64,000 bases of DNA from the NCBI RefSeq assembly GCF_000485595.1, contig NW_014577065.1:1048938-1112937 (forward strand), given 5' to 3'. The translations under genes were made by a program, and so were the position numbers. This document shows positions 15,045 through 29,205 of this stretch, piece after piece. Positions within the stretch are counted from its first letter, which is position 1, and each line of letters begins with the position of its first letter. This DNA is from Priapulus caudatus (taxonomy: Eukaryota). The notes beneath the pieces were generated by a model. That model had not been told where the DNA came from, ran no database searches, and saw only the letters and a list, made by a program, of their open reading frames with translations.

Positions 15045-15735
15045 TAGGGCTGCGTCAGATGTGGGTAGGGGTAGGGTTGGGTTCAGCCGTGGATAGGGGT
15101 AGGGCTGCGTCAGATGTGGGTAGGGGTAAGGCTGGGTCAGATGTGGATAGGGGTATGGTTGGGTCAGCCGTGGATAGGGGTTGGGCTGGGTCAGCCGTGG
15201 ATAGGGGTAGGGCTGGGTCAGCCGTGGATAGGGGTAGGGCTGGGTCAGCCGTGGATAGGGGTATGGTTGGGTCAGCCGTGGAGAGGGGTAGGGCTGGGTC
15301 AGCCTTGGATAGGGGTATGGTTGGGTCAGCCGTGGATAGGGGTAGGGCTGGGTCAGCCGTGGATAGGGGTATGGTTGGGTCAGCCGTGGAGAGGGGTAGG
15401 GCTGGGTCAGCCGTGGATAGGGGTAGGGCTGGGTCAGCCGTGGATAGGGGTATGGTTGGGTCAGCCGTGGAGAGGGGTAGGGCTGGGTCAGCGGTGGATA
15501 GGGGTAGGGCTGGGTCAGCCGTGGAGAGGGGTAGGGCTGGGTCAGCCGTGGAGAGGAGTAGGGCTGGGTCGGTTATAGATATGGGTAGGGTATGGAGCAG
15601 CCGTGGATAGGGGCAAGGCTGGGTCGGTTGTAGATATGGGTATGGTTGGAACAGCCATTGATAGTGGCAAGGCTGGGTCGGTTGGGGATATGGGTAGGGT
15701 TGGAACAGCCGTGGATAGGGATAGGGCTGGCTCGG
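15045..15735 (+). repeat. G-rich 27-bp minisatellite (GGGGTAGGGCTGGGTCAGCCGTGGATA), ~25 units, degenerate at both ends
   Basis: Exact 27-bp period, seen as 9-aa repeats in three ORF frames; GGGTCA recurs 16 times from 15134 to 15544. Confidence 0.92.
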
Positions 15736-16334
15736 TTGTGGGAGGAGAGTATATATTGCGTCGCGTGGGGAGGGAGGTACATTACGGGAGGGAGGAAAGC
15801 AGAGTGTGCGTTGGGAGAACTCACACAACTAGTCTCTACTAAGCCCTTTCACACGCGGAGGTCAGTGGCGGCGAGAAACTGAGTGCCGTTGGCACGTGTA
15901 CAATAGCGGGGGCTCCGGAGCAGCGCATAAAGGTCTCCGCGTGCAAACGTCCGACTAGGTGACGACTGTGATTAAACAGTTACAGCTGCGCGTGACAGCG
16001 TTTTGTCACATTCTGCATACAAATCGGCGCTGGGATTATGCGCGCGCGTGCTCTCCGGAGAGCTACGATGCTGACAATGCACGCCGCCACGTTCTCTGGG
16101 CGATGCAGCACTCAGGTGGCTGAAGCAGCGCTCTTTGTTTTCTCTCCTCCTCCTCCTCCTCCTCCTCCCCTTCCTCCTCCTCCTCTTCCTTCTCCTCCTC
16201 TGCCTCCTCTCCGCAACGAGGTAAGTGCGATGCAGCAGCCTCTACTGTGTACGACGTGTGCGCTGATGCAAACGGAGAGGCATACATACATAAGCGCAGA
16301 CTCTCTCTATCTCTCCCCTCTCGCTCTCTCGCTG

Positions 16335-16366
<32 letters not shown>

Positions 16367-17024
16367 CGCGCGAGAGTTATCTATCTATCTATCTATCTAT
16401 CTATCTCTATCTATCTATCTATCTATCTGTCTATATCTCTATCTATCTATCTATCTCTATCTATCTATCTATCTATATCTATCTATCTATATCTATCTAT
16501 CTATCTATCTATCTATCTCTCGCTCGCTCTCTCTATCTCGCTCACGCTCCCCTTACTCTAAATACCTTGAAGGTTATCCGCATCCTTCCTCCCCCCCCCC
16601 TCCCTCCTTCCCTGGCCTTCCCGCAGTGCGGGTGCATGTGGCCGCGTCACTCAGGCCCGCTCTCCCGCTTCCCATGCAGCCTTACCTTTGGCCCTCGTAA
16701 AATCGCAGGCAACCTGAATTTTGCGGCGGGCTGTACGGTCGGGATCGGGTTTCCGTGTGGGAAGCGCCGCAGACATGTGGACGGCGGTGCTCGCGCCCCG
16801 GCGCGCTCCTGTCGGCGTGCGGGTCACTGCTTGCTCGTTCGATCGGCGACATGGTATCAAGAGCTAATAATACCTTATAATAATAATAATAATAATAATA
16901 ATAAGAGGTATTATTAGCTCCTGATAGTATATTATTGTATGTTTGTGTGTGTGTGCGCGCGCGCGTGTGTGTCGGCGTGCGTGTGTGTGTAGCTGTGTGT
17001 GCCGTGAGTGTATGGTGTGTAGTG

Positions 17025-17056
<32 letters not shown>

Positions 17057-17058
17057 TG

Positions 17059-17093
<35 letters not shown>

Positions 17094-18045
17094 CATGAGC
17101 CGTGTTGTGTGTGCGTGCGTTGCGTGTGCGGTGCGTACGTTGCGTTGTGTTATTTTGTATTTGTTGTGTGTGTGTTGTGTGCGCGGCGCGCGTGCGTGCG
17201 TGCGGTCGCGTGCATTATGTGTGTGGGGGGTGCCGTGCGTGCGATGTGCGTGTTTTATATATGCTGTTTGTGTGGCGTGCGTGCGGTGTGCGTGGTTTAG
17301 TGTATTGTGTTTGTGTGCGTGGCGTGTGTGCGTGTGTGTGCGTGCTTAAGGTAGTAGATTGATGATTGAACGCTATTGTTTTCGCTTTGAATCGAAGCTA
17401 ATTTTGTGGATCGTACTTACCGTAATTTTGTGGCACGCACGCGCAGCACACGCGCGCGTTCAGGCGCCACGCACACATGTTAGACGACGCGCGCAGCGCT
17501 GTAGGTACAAGCTGTTCCGCGGACAAGAGACACATCGCCAGCCTTTCTTTGCGAGAGAGAGTTCGCAGCGGCGCTGTGCCCGCCGGCCGACTTGCCTGCT
17601 TAGGGTCTAGTGTCATTGCTCGTCAGGTTGTTGTCTATTCTCATTACGAGATGAATAACTGCACATAATGACTGCGGCGCACGGAGCCACGTGCGCGACC
17701 CGATGCCGGTCCACCGTACACCGCATTTACTTGACGAGCGATAATAGCGCGAATGACGCGCCTATTGTGCGCGGCGTGGAACGAGTTACGCTGAGAGCGT
17801 GATTGCCGGGCGCGTGACCGGCTATTGTGTGGGGCTGCTTAAACACAAACAGGCAGAGATCGAAGCGTAGCTTTGTTTAATGCGTACCCACGCGCCTAAG
17901 CAACAGTTCGGCAGCGGCGAGACTGCGTTAAAGCGATAACGTTGGGGGAGCAAGAGGAGGAAGAGTACTAGGAGGGGAGAGAGATTGCTAGATAGAGAGA
18001 GACAGAATGTGGGAGAGGAGAAGAGAGAGAACGAGCAGAGAGAGA

Positions 18046-18098
<53 letters not shown>

Positions 18099-18401
18099 AG
18101 AGAACAGAGACAGGACAGAGACGAGAAGGACACGAGAAGACGAGAGACGAGATGAGAGAGAGAGGAGAGGAGAAGAGAGAGACCCGAACGAGAGAGAGAG
18201 AGAGGACGAGAGAGAGAGTAGAGAGAGAGAGGAGAGAGAGAGAAGAGAGACGAGAAGGAGAGAGGAGAAGAGATAGGCGAGAGAAGAGGAGAAGAGAGAA
18301 GAAGATATAACGAGAGAAGAAGAGGGCGCGCGCAGGAGCAGAGAGAGAGAGAGAGGAAAGCAAGAAGAAAGAAGAGAACAAGAGAGAGAGAGAGAGCGCG
18401 C

Positions 18402-19024
18402 NNNNNNNNNNNNNNNNNNNNNNNNNNNNNNNNNNNNNNNNNNNNNNNNNNNNNNNNNNNNNNNNNNNNNNNNNNNNNNNNNNNNNNNNNNNNNNNNNNN
18501 NNNNNNNNNNNNNNNNNNNNNNNNNNNNNNNNNNNNNNNNNNNNNNNNNNNNNNNNNNNNNNNNNNNNNNNNNNNNNNNNNNNNNNNNNNNNNNNNNNNN
18601 NNNNNNNNNNNNNNNNNNNNNNNNNNNNNNNNNNNNNNNNNNNNNNNNNNNNNNNNNNNNNNNNNNNNNNNNNNNNNNNNNNNNNNNNNNNNNNNNNNNN
18701 NNNNNNNNNNNNNNNNNNNNNNNNNNNNNNNNNNNNNNNNNNNNNNNNNNNNNNNNNNNNNNNNNNNNNNNNNNNNNNNNNNNNNNNNNNNNNNNNNNNN
18801 NNNNNNNNNNNNNNNNNNNNNNNNNNNNNNNNNNNNNNNNNNNNNNNNNNNNNNNNNNNNNNNNNNNNNNNNNNNNNNNNNNNNNNNNNNNNNNNNNNNN
18901 NNNNNNNNNNNNNNNNNNNNNNNNNNNNNNNNNNNNNNNNNNNNNNNNNNNNNNNNNNNNNNNNNNNNNNNNNNNNNNNNNNNNNNNNNNNNNNNNNNNN
19001 NNNNNNNNNNNNNNNNNNNNNNNN
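18402..19024. other. Assembly gap (largest); others at 2517-2784, 7755-7779, 11289-11298, 24495-24519, 36634-36643, 49233-49242, 50468-50487
   Basis: Runs of N. Confidence 0.99.
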
Positions 19025-21015
19025 TCTTCCTCTTCCACGCCCTTCCCTTTTCTGCATCCCCCTCATCCGTCTCTTCTCCTCCTCATCCTTCTCTTCCTAA
19101 TCCTCATCTTCCCCTTTTCCTTCACCTTCTTCTTTTGCACCTTCCTTCCACTGCTCATCTGCTGATGCATTTCCTCTTCGATTGTCAGACGTGTTAATAC
19201 ACTCCATGTCTCCACGCCGCAGTCGGCTTTAACGGGCGGCTACCACAAGCCGTCGGTTCGGCTTTAACGTGTATGCCAGCGACTATTATTTTTGCTAAAA
19301 AAATGAAGCAGGGCTATTAGATGTCACTTTTGACCAGAGCGTGGTTGGCCTGATTTGTTGTCTGATGGCTGGCGGTGTTTGTTCGGCCCGCTTGTGTCAA
19401 CACCATTCAAACTCGCTGCGTCTACAGTCCACTTACGCGCACTTAATGATACGTCATTATACAACCTTACTCATGTCTTAGACGGCAACCTTTGTCCGTG
19501 CTCCGCCATACTTAGTCGCTCAACCGCGCGTGTCCTCCGGGAAAGGCGGAGAGAATCGTAGGCGACGAAGCGTCAGTCTACGCGCAAGAATCTCGCCCGC
19601 ACGGCGCGGGGTTCCGCGATATTTTGTTACCCAGAGATGCATGCATTGTGTGGCAGGCACCGCGGGATCAGTCTAAATAGGTACGAGAAGGGGCGACCGG
19701 CATTTTTAAGGCACGTTGAAGTGTCATCGGTTGACAAAGGTGAGAGGCGACGGCGTGCGATGAACGCTGCGTGCGTGCGTGTGCATTCCTGGCCAATTTA
19801 AAAAAAATAATTAGAGAAGGCTGGCGTAATTACTTGAGTGTGAGTGATCCGAAAGAGAGAGAGCGAGAACGATAGAGAGAGAGGGAGAGGGTGGCAGGTG
19901 TGACACGGCCACCATTGCGGTCTTCGCGTAATGCTCATTCTTTAAACAAAGAAACAAGCTTTATGGAAGCTGTGCAGAGCGGTGATGACGGTTCGATGGA
20001 GGCTGGGTGGTAGGTCGAGAGCTCATGTGCTCGTAGGCTCGCTCGCGGGGAGGAAGTGGAGCGGGCCTAGCACAGGACGCTCGCAGAATTAGTGCGCAAT
20101 AGGTGATGGGTATATGTGTAATGAACATAGGGAAGGCAAACGATGATGAGGACGCTCGTTCGAATGGGAGGGAGGCAAGTAAGAAGAATGTCAGCAAAGA
20201 AGGGAACGGCGAACCAGACGGAGGGGGCGAGCCGTGGATAGGGAGGCGAGCCTAGAGGAGAGAGATGGAACAAAGGAAGGGAAGCGGGCCGAGAGAAGGG
20301 GAGGCGGGCCGGTGGAAGGGAGGTGATACAATGGAAGCGAGGAGAGCCGGGAAAGAGCAAAGAGAATGGGATGGCGTAGGGGGAGCCAAGAGCAAGAAGT
20401 CAAGAGAATGGGAGAGGAGAGAGCATGGTAAGCAGGAAGGGAGGTCAGCGATCACAAAAAGCACAGATATCTTTACTACGTTAATAACCACCGCCAATCT
20501 ATCTCTTTGATCGAGCGATCACGGGATGCCTCGCGCAGTGAGCCCCACGTTAGGCCCACCATCAACCGGTTACCGGGTGCATAGCAGCCGATTCCTGGCG
20601 CGCAAATTCGATTGCGTCGAATTACAAAGCTGTCGAGAATAACAGCGCATCGAAACGACTTTGATCATTGAGCCTCAAAAGCTGGATGACGCGTTCGTTC
20701 ATTAGTCGTGTGGCTCGGTTTTTTTTCTCACAGTGGATGGCATCTCTTCCGCCGGCCCCAATGAGGGGGACATTTAGTTAGCTTGCAGCAGTGTTGTCTT
20801 TGTGGCGCCTGGCTTCCTTTGTACAAAGTCGCGTGAATCACGCCGGTCTATTAATCCAAACTACGCAAAACCTGTTCGCGCATTTTTGCAACATTTGCAC
20901 TTTTTCTTCTCTGCCATTGGTTGTGCGTCAGCGATTATTTGTATGTGTGTGCGTGCATGCGTGTGCGTACCTGTGTGCGTGTGCATTTGTGGGCGCAGGT
21001 ACGTATACGTGTGCG

Positions 21016-21055
<40 letters not shown>

Positions 21056-21221
21056 GCGGGTACCTGCAGACGTCTCATCACCACTCGATGACGACTACAG
21101 CGTTCTCTTCAGAGCTTCTTTCATGCTCTAAACTTATGCGAACTTATTGATGCACTCAATGATGGCGACAGACGCGAGAGAAGTCTTGGAGAGAAAAAGA
21201 GAGAAAGAGGGAGATGGAGAC

Positions 21222-21295
<74 letters not shown>

Positions 21296-24200
21296 GGAGA
21301 GAGAGAGAGAGAGAGAGAGTCGGCGGCAGAACACCGTGCCTTTCACGTTCCGCTCGGTTTCCGAGCTGATATCATTAGCAGGTGCTACATGTAGATGCAT
21401 GAGGGTTTCAGATGCGAATATGAGACGACGCATTTAAGAGTTCGTGTATATGGAATATAATAGCGGATGTCGGTAGTTGTGTACTTTGCGCTAATATGCT
21501 CATAGCCCTCCCCGGTTAAGTAAATTACAGCATGTCGTCGCTTATTCTCGTTTTGAACTGATAAAATATATGATTTATTTTAAAATTATCGTTAGGAGTT
21601 AAAGCTACGCTGTCTCGTATCACTATGTTTCAACATCGGTACTCTCAGGCGGATGTGGCCTTACATGTAGCCGATGGCTGCAGCACCTCTGCATGCCTGC
21701 ACCTCCACATGTATGTCTGTGTGGCTGCACCTCCCTGCATGTGTCTGCACCTTCCATTATTCGGCTACACATCGCCATGCGTAGCTGCACTTCTCCATGT
21801 GTAGCTGCACCTCCTCTTCTGTGGCTGCCCCTCCCCCCGTATACCCGCACCTCCACCTGTGCGCCTGTGTGGCTGCACTTTTTTCCTCTGTGGCTCCACC
21901 TCCCCCTGTGAGGCTGAACCTCCTCCCATTATTCGGTGTCTTCGCCTGTACGGATGAGTGGCGCGACTTTCTCCCGCGTGGTCGTATGCCTGCGTTTACT
22001 CCTGGTGTGGTTGGACCTCCCTTTATGTGGCTGCACCACCCCTGTATGCCTGCACCTCCACATTTTCGGCTGTGTGCCAGCACCTCATCCTGTGCTGCTG
22101 CTGTATGCCTGCATTGCCCCTGCGTGGCTGGACGTTCCCTTGCGTGGCTGCACCTCCTTATACGTTGCCACCAGTCACCGAGGCTCTCCCTCTACAGCAC
22201 GCGGCAACACGGACACTGAAGACATGCACTCTGTCCTCGCTTTCTCCCTCACTCCTCTGCCTCAACCTCCTCCTCGTCTTTCTCATTTCCTTCCCCTTGT
22301 TCTTACCATCCTCTTCATCTCTATCTTACTCCTCTTCTTCCTCTTCATCCGCCCTCTCTTCCTCTTCTTCCTCTTCCACGCCCTTCCCTTCTCTGCATCC
22401 CCCTCATCCGTCTCTTCTCCTCCTCATCCTTCTCTTCCTAATCCTCATCTTCCCCTTTTCCTTCACCTTCTTCTTTTGCACCTTCCTCCCACTGCTCATC
22501 TGCTGATGCATTTCCTCTTCAATTGTCAGACGTGTTAATACACTCCATGTCTCCACGCCACAGTCGTCTTTAACGGGCGGCTACCACAAGCCGTCGGTTC
22601 GGCTTTAACGTGTATGCCAGCGACTATTATTTTTGCTAAAAAAATGAAGCAGGGCTATTAGATGTCACTTTTGACCAGAGCGTGGCTGGCCTGATTTGTT
22701 GTCTGATGGCTGGCGGTGTTTGTTCGGCCCGCTTGTGTCAACACCATTCAAACTCGCTGCGTCTACAGTCCACTTACGCGCACTTAATGATACGTCATTA
22801 TACAACCTTACTCATGTCTTAGACGGCAACCTTTGTCCGTGCTCCGCCATACTTAGTCGCTCAACCGCGCGTGTCCTCCGGGAAAGGCGGAGAGAATCGT
22901 AGGCGACGAAGCGTCAGTCTACGCGCAAGAATCTCGCCCGCACGGCGCGGGGTTCCGCGATATTTTGTTACCCAGAGATGCATGCATTGTGTGGCAGGCA
23001 CCGCGGGATCAGTCTAAATAGGTACGAGAAGGGGCGACCGGCATTTTTAAGGCACGTTGAAGTGTCATCGGTTGACAAAGGTGAGAGGCGACGGCGTGCG
23101 ATGAACGCTGCGTGCGTGCGTGTGCATTCCTGGCCAATTTAAAAAAAATAATTAGAGAAGGCTGGCGTAATTACTTGAGTGTGAGTGATCCGAAAGAGAG
23201 AGAGCGAGAACGATAGAGAGAGAGGGAGAGGGTGGCAGGTGTGACACGGCCACCATTGCGGTCTTCGCGTAATGCTCATTCTTTAAACAAAGAAACAAGC
23301 TTTATGGAAGCTGTGCAGAGCGGTGATGACGGTTCGATGGAGGCTGGGTGGTAGGTCGAGAGCTCATGTGCTCGTAGGCTCGCTCGCGGGGAGGAAGTGG
23401 AGCGGGCCTAGCACAGGACGCTCGCAGAATTAGTGCGCAATAGGTGATGGGTATATGTGTAATGAACATAGGGAAGGCAAACGATGATGAGGACGCTCGT
23501 TCGAATGGGAGGGAGGCAAGTAAGAAGAATGTCAGCAAAGAAGGGAACGGCGAACCAGACGGAGGGGACGAGCCGTGGATAGGGAGGCGAGCCAAGAGGA
23601 GAGAGATGGAACAAAGGAAGGGAAGCGGGCCGAGAGAAGGGGAGGCGGGCCGGTGGAAGGGAGGTGATACAATGGAAGCGAGGAGAGCCGGGAAAGAGCA
23701 AAGAGAATGGGATGGCGTAGGGGGAGCCAAGAGCAAGAAGTCAAGAGAATGGGAGAGGAGAGAGCATGGTAAGCAGGAAGGGAGGTCAGCGATCACAAAA
23801 AGCACAGATATCTTTACTACGTTAATAACCACCGCCAATCTATCTCTTTGATCGAGCGATCACGGGATGCCTCGCGCAGTGAGCCCCACGTTAGGCCCAC
23901 CATCAACCGGTTACCGGGTGCATAGCAGCCGATTCCTGGCGCGCAAATTCGATTGCGTCGAATTACAAAGCTGTCGAGAATAACAGCGCATCGAAACGAC
24001 TTTGATCATTGAGCCTCAAAAGCTGGATGACGCGTTCGTTCATTAGTCGTGTGGCTCGGTTTTTTTTCTCACAGTGGATGGCATCTCTTCCGCCGGCCCC
24101 AATGAGGGGGACATTTAGTTAGCTTGCAGCAGTGTTGTCTTTGTGGCGCCTGGCTTCCTTTGTACAAAGTCGCGTGAATCACGCCGGTCTATTAATCCAA

Positions 24201-24359
24201 ACTACGCAAAACCTGTTCGCGCATTTTTGCAACATTTGCACTTTTTCTTCTCTGCCATTGGTTGTGCGTCAGCGATTATTTGTATGTGTGTGCGTGCATG
24301 CGTGTGCGTACCTGTGTGCGTGTGCATTTGTGGGCGCAGGTACGTATACGTGTGCGGCG
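19025..24359 (+). repeat. Near-identical 2-kb direct duplication (19025-21018 vs 22366-24359), probably allelic or assembly redundancy
   Basis: Constant offset 3341; about 8 substitutions seen; identical ORFs 19355/22696 and 20791/24132; bracketed by N-gaps (18402-19024, 24495-24519). Confidence 0.9.
21670..22170 (+). repeat. Degenerate tandem repeat of a GTGGCTGCACCTCC-type motif
   Basis: More than ten imperfect (G/C)CTGCACCTCC copies with irregular spacing. Confidence 0.6.
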
Positions 24360-24427
24360 GTGTATATGTGAGCGTGTGTGTGGAGGGGAGGAGGCGCATG
24401 TGTGCATGTGTGGCTGTGTGCGTGCGT

Positions 24428-24494
<67 letters not shown>

Positions 24495-24526
24495 NNNNNN
24501 NNNNNNNNNNNNNNNNNNNCACAGAG

Positions 24527-27335
24527 GATATTTTAAAATGAAGCAGTTAGACACCTCTGTGGTGATGCTGCTTACGGAATGGCGCATGATCTAGCCTCTA
24601 ATCTCTATGCTCCCTCACACCACTCTCCCCCTCTCTTCCCCCTCTCTCCTCCTCTCTCCTCCCGTCTCTCTCGTCTCCCTATCCCCTCTCTCTCCTTTCG
24701 CGCTTTTCTGCCCATCTCCATCACAACTCTTCCCCGCCGTAAGTCCCTCCGTAGTTACGTCTCAATGCATTCACGACACGGCTTGATGCTAGTACAATCA
24801 GTTCCACTCCGTTGTAATAACGACGACCAGGTAATGATAGCATCGTCGTCACTATATGTCTCTTTCACCGTATTCTCCTCCGCACATACTGCGCCCAAGG
24901 TAAAACAATACTGAACCGTACACCCCAGCGCGTGAGCGGCGAAAAGGACAAAACCTCGATTATCGGGTGACTCGTTGCCGGCTGCATTCGAAGCCGGCAG
25001 GGCCCCCTGAACCACCGCGCGGCGGTACCCAGTGAAGTGACCTATAAACACGACACCTCACAAAGCAATCATGCATTCGCAGGCGATAGACCTTACCCCT
25101 CCTGCAAATTCAAATCGACAGTCGTAAGGGCTCGGCGGTTACTTACACCGCGATGCACACAAAAACGCAGTGTCCCGCGGGTGACTCGCCCAAGGACGGA
25201 GGTAGGCGCGGCGAGAGGAATGGAAGGTGGGACGGAAAGAAGTGGGATGTGGGCGTTTTGGTGGCGTGGTGTGGTGTGTGGAGGTGTGTGTGTGTGTCGG
25301 TGTGTGTGATGTGATGCGGGGGTGGGGGGTTCAGGTCGCAATCAACTCGGTTTTTGCGAAGGCGACAAAAACGAGCAATGGACTCCAGAGAATAATGTCC
25401 GTGTGATCGGGTTACATGTTCGCTGTAAGACGCAGCGATAAAACTTAACTGTGGATATTTGGGCAACCACCCAGGGAACTCCATAGAATCGCAAAAACCG
25501 CCCTTGAGTTCTCCCTCACATTTGGAAGCCGCGAATGGTGGCATAGGTAAACTATACCATTATTGAATCGCTAAACGCGGCTACAAGTGGACCGGCGGAA
25601 AGAAGACGCGCGTGTATATACACAGTTTCTACTGAATGTCTTGTCGATAATTAGTAATATCACAATACGCAAATATTCCGCCTCAAACAATGGCCGCCGT
25701 GTCGAGGACAAGTCGTAATTACTGAATTAGAACAGTAAACTGTACACGCGACCGCTGCATATCAATTAGCATCAACCCCGGAATACTATTGGGGAACCAT
25801 ACAGCCACGCGGCCGGCGGTAGAAACCACCCAAACGTGTGAGTTCTCGACACGCATTCTCGCCAGCTTCCCGTGTCGTTCGTATATGGCCGGATTTTTTT
25901 CCCTGGTTTTGGACTAAGAAGCATGAAGGCAAATGACCCACATACTTCTAATACTGACTACATATTATACACATTAAATGGCTAGATCGAGCTCGGCTGT
26001 TTCCGACACTGCGTAGGCCAAAGTTTAACAACGAAAATAACACAAATTTTAATAAAAATCATCCATCACGTGATTCGCTCTCGTGAATCGCAACCAGCTC
26101 CGGCCGCTAGTTCGGACCAGACTGACACCTCGAAACGTCCCCGTGTCTGCGCCAACTAATGGATTAAAAGTTTTGCCTGTCTAGCAGCGACGTACGGCGT
26201 CAGTCTACCTCGTCGACGTCAATCTAAGTAACATGTTTGCAGCGCTAGATATTAAAGGGCGCGCAATTCACCGTCTATAGGGGACCAGCGATTTGCTAAT
26301 AAACGAAGTAAGCGGGGTGATATGCGGGCAGCGAGGCCCTCGCCACAATCTCTAAATATTGTCATCCAGAAATACCGCGCGGCAAGTGATAATAAAGTAT
26401 ATATATATATATATATATATAGAACGGGCGCACGCCCGCGCATGAAGATCTCTTAGAGAAAACGGGTCACATTTTCCACCTGATGTTTTCACTTCGACAG
26501 AATCATGAGAGTTGGTAACGAAATCATGAGGATATTCGAGGAGTCACGGCCAACGGTAACAGCATGTTGGCGGGTGGTAATCTCGCCGAGGCGTTACGGC
26601 GTCGATTAAAATAATTGAGATTAATTTAAATATCGGTTGAGATTTCAAAGCAGTAGGGTCTTGCGCGGCGTAATTAGCTTTGACACCCGAATCTTGCTAC
26701 TCTCTCCTTGCCTCTCACCTCGGCCATGATTCACCTTGCCTCTAGCCACGCGCGCTACGACACACAGCACAGCACACACACCACCACCACCACACACACC
26801 CCACCACAAGCACCCACTCCCGGCGCCGCCGCGATATAATTCTCCCCCCCACTGCTCTGGAATCTAACCAGCCCCTTCCCCGCTCCTCTTTTTTTTTGTT
26901 CCTTCCTCTACTCGCTCGCCTCTCGCCCGTCGCCATCCACTCCTGACAACATAAGTAATCATCTCAACGTATCATTATATCTTCATAATCGCCTTCCTCG
27001 GGCGCGTTTTCACCATCTCTTCTCCCTTCCCTCTCTCTCTCCTCATCTCTCTCGGTCTCTCTCTCTCTCTCTCTCTCTTGCCTTCCCCTCCTCCCCAAGC
27101 TCTTATTTCGGTCCGCGCGCGTTTATGATAGCATCATTCCACTGGTGGACACCGGCTGACAGAGATGCCGAAAGAGACCCCGTGCAATAAAAATTCAAAT
27201 GGGGCACGCGAGGAACGAGAGACGAGAAAGTGTGAGAGAGAGCAGAGAACGACAGAAAGAGAGCAAAGAGAGAGAGAGAGAGATAGAGAGAGAAGAAGAG
27301 AGGATAAGGAGAGAGAGAGAGAGAGATAGAGAGAG

Positions 27336-27394
<59 letters not shown>

Positions 27395-28481
27395 GAGAGA
27401 GAGAGACAGAAGAGAGAGAGAGAGAAGCGCAAGGCGGCAGAGCAAAAGCGAGAGTGCGCGCCGCGAATTTACATCGTGATAGAAATAGGCAGCGCGATGC
27501 CGAGTGACTACTTAATTTGCCATTATTTGCCCAGTTAGTTATAATCTGTTCAACACTTTAGCCGGTAACCCATGTACGCACGGTTGGTGTCATTATCCGT
27601 ATAATTCTATATCTCGTCGGCCTCTAACTCGAGATATCGGGCATGAGTGTCATGTCCTTCGCAATTTGCTCGACATGCTCCTAGTTAGGCATGGCGGGGA
27701 AGTCGGATGAGGTAGCAATCGCGCATTCCCAGAGAGCGACAATGTTTCACTTGGCCCTGAGTTGTGCTCGCGTGAACAACAAACATGGCGCTTAGGCGGC
27801 CTCATATTGGCTCGGCGGCCTCAATATGCGAATCTGTTGCCTGACCTCGGCGCTGGATCTCAGAACAACTTGAAGACATTCGTGTATTGATAGGTTGCAA
27901 GGCTACGATGTCGTTGCGTGCGATATACGGTGCGTGGCGTGCGTAATGTGTAACAAGGATGCCGTTTACGTATGACGCGCAGACACACCTATCCGACGAG
28001 ACTTGTAACAGCTCATGAGCGTACAGGTAAACAGGAGATAAACTGACCCCGACAGACGGTCGAGTAGACGACCCTATCTTACGTAGAAGGCACAAATCGA
28101 CTCGCTCGAACAGGAAATCCTCAGGATGTCGAATGAAATTTCGTGCTCGTGAGTGAGTATTCGTCGCGCCTACTCTAGAAATCCGGTCGGAAGCTCTAAT
28201 TCAGATGATCAAATCAGACCTTATTTATATTATGCATTTAATTCATTAATTAATGTATTTATTTATTTTGTGTGTGTGTGTGTGTCGTGTGTGTGTGAGT
28301 ACGTGCGCGCGTATCTATATAATATAGAGTATATATATATATATATTATATAATATATATAGAAGAGAGAGAGAGAGAGAGAGAGAGAAGAGAAGGAGAG
28401 GGAGATGAGAGAGAGAGAGAGAGAGGAGAAGAGAGAAAGAGAGAGAGAGAGGGCGGAGAAGAGGAGGGAGAGCGAGAGAGA

Positions 28482-28513
<32 letters not shown>

Positions 28514-29161
28514 GAGAGACGAGAGAGAGAGAGTAAAAGCGATGCAAAATTAATTTGCGATTTCAAGACCGCTTTTTCCAAAGGCTGCCAGCAGACGATG
28601 ATCAGACCTGACTCAAACAAACATCTTGCAGTCGTAACGACAGTTTGAGCAATCATTCAAGCATGGTGGTGCACCTGTCGTCCAGTGGTGGGCCGATGTG
28701 CGACAGTCATAAGTACCGGTTCCCCACTCCGAAATGCTCTTCCGACAGCCATATCGTCTGCTGGGTCAGATAAGATGGGACAAGATAAACATCGACGGCT
28801 GTAAATACGCGCCGCTTAATTCAAGCTATAGTCAGAAACTTTCCCACACCACGTACACACACCCACAGAACACACACGCAACACCGCGCGCTCGATCACG
28901 TACAGCCGACGCACGCGTACATAAACACCCACGCGCCGGCGACACATCACGTAACTGCACACATACAGCCACAGCCGCACCATCGCCCTACAACTGCACA
29001 CACACACACACAGCCACACACAGCCAACCCAAAAACACACACCCCGTACGCACAGCACACGCCAAGCCACGCATTTCAGCATTCTACAATTGCAATGCAT
29101 TGTGCAACCTCACTCTTCTATTTTTATACCATTATTTGACGATAAATAAATAAATAAATAA

Positions 29162-29205
<44 letters not shown>

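Noticed and set aside
15045..15735. CRISPR-like regular repeat
   Set aside because: Head-to-tail units with no unique spacers, no cas genes, eukaryotic context.
15002..15828. ORFs with 9-aa repeats (DRGRAGSAV / LPLSTADPA)
   Set aside because: Open in three frames on both strands because of a 27-bp minisatellite; no splice or domain evidence.
15841..15955. Possible Harbinger-like MITE (GCCCTTTCACACGCGGAG ... CTCCGCGTGCAAACG)
   Set aside because: Inverted match too short and degenerate; no convincing TSD.
17822..19066. Long ORFs spanning N-runs (also 2271-3113)
   Set aside because: Artefacts of translating assembly gaps.
19707..19728. TAAGGCACG, the start of mature miR-124 (also at ~23048)
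   Set aside because: Only the first 9 nt match and no complementary 5' arm or hairpin is visible.
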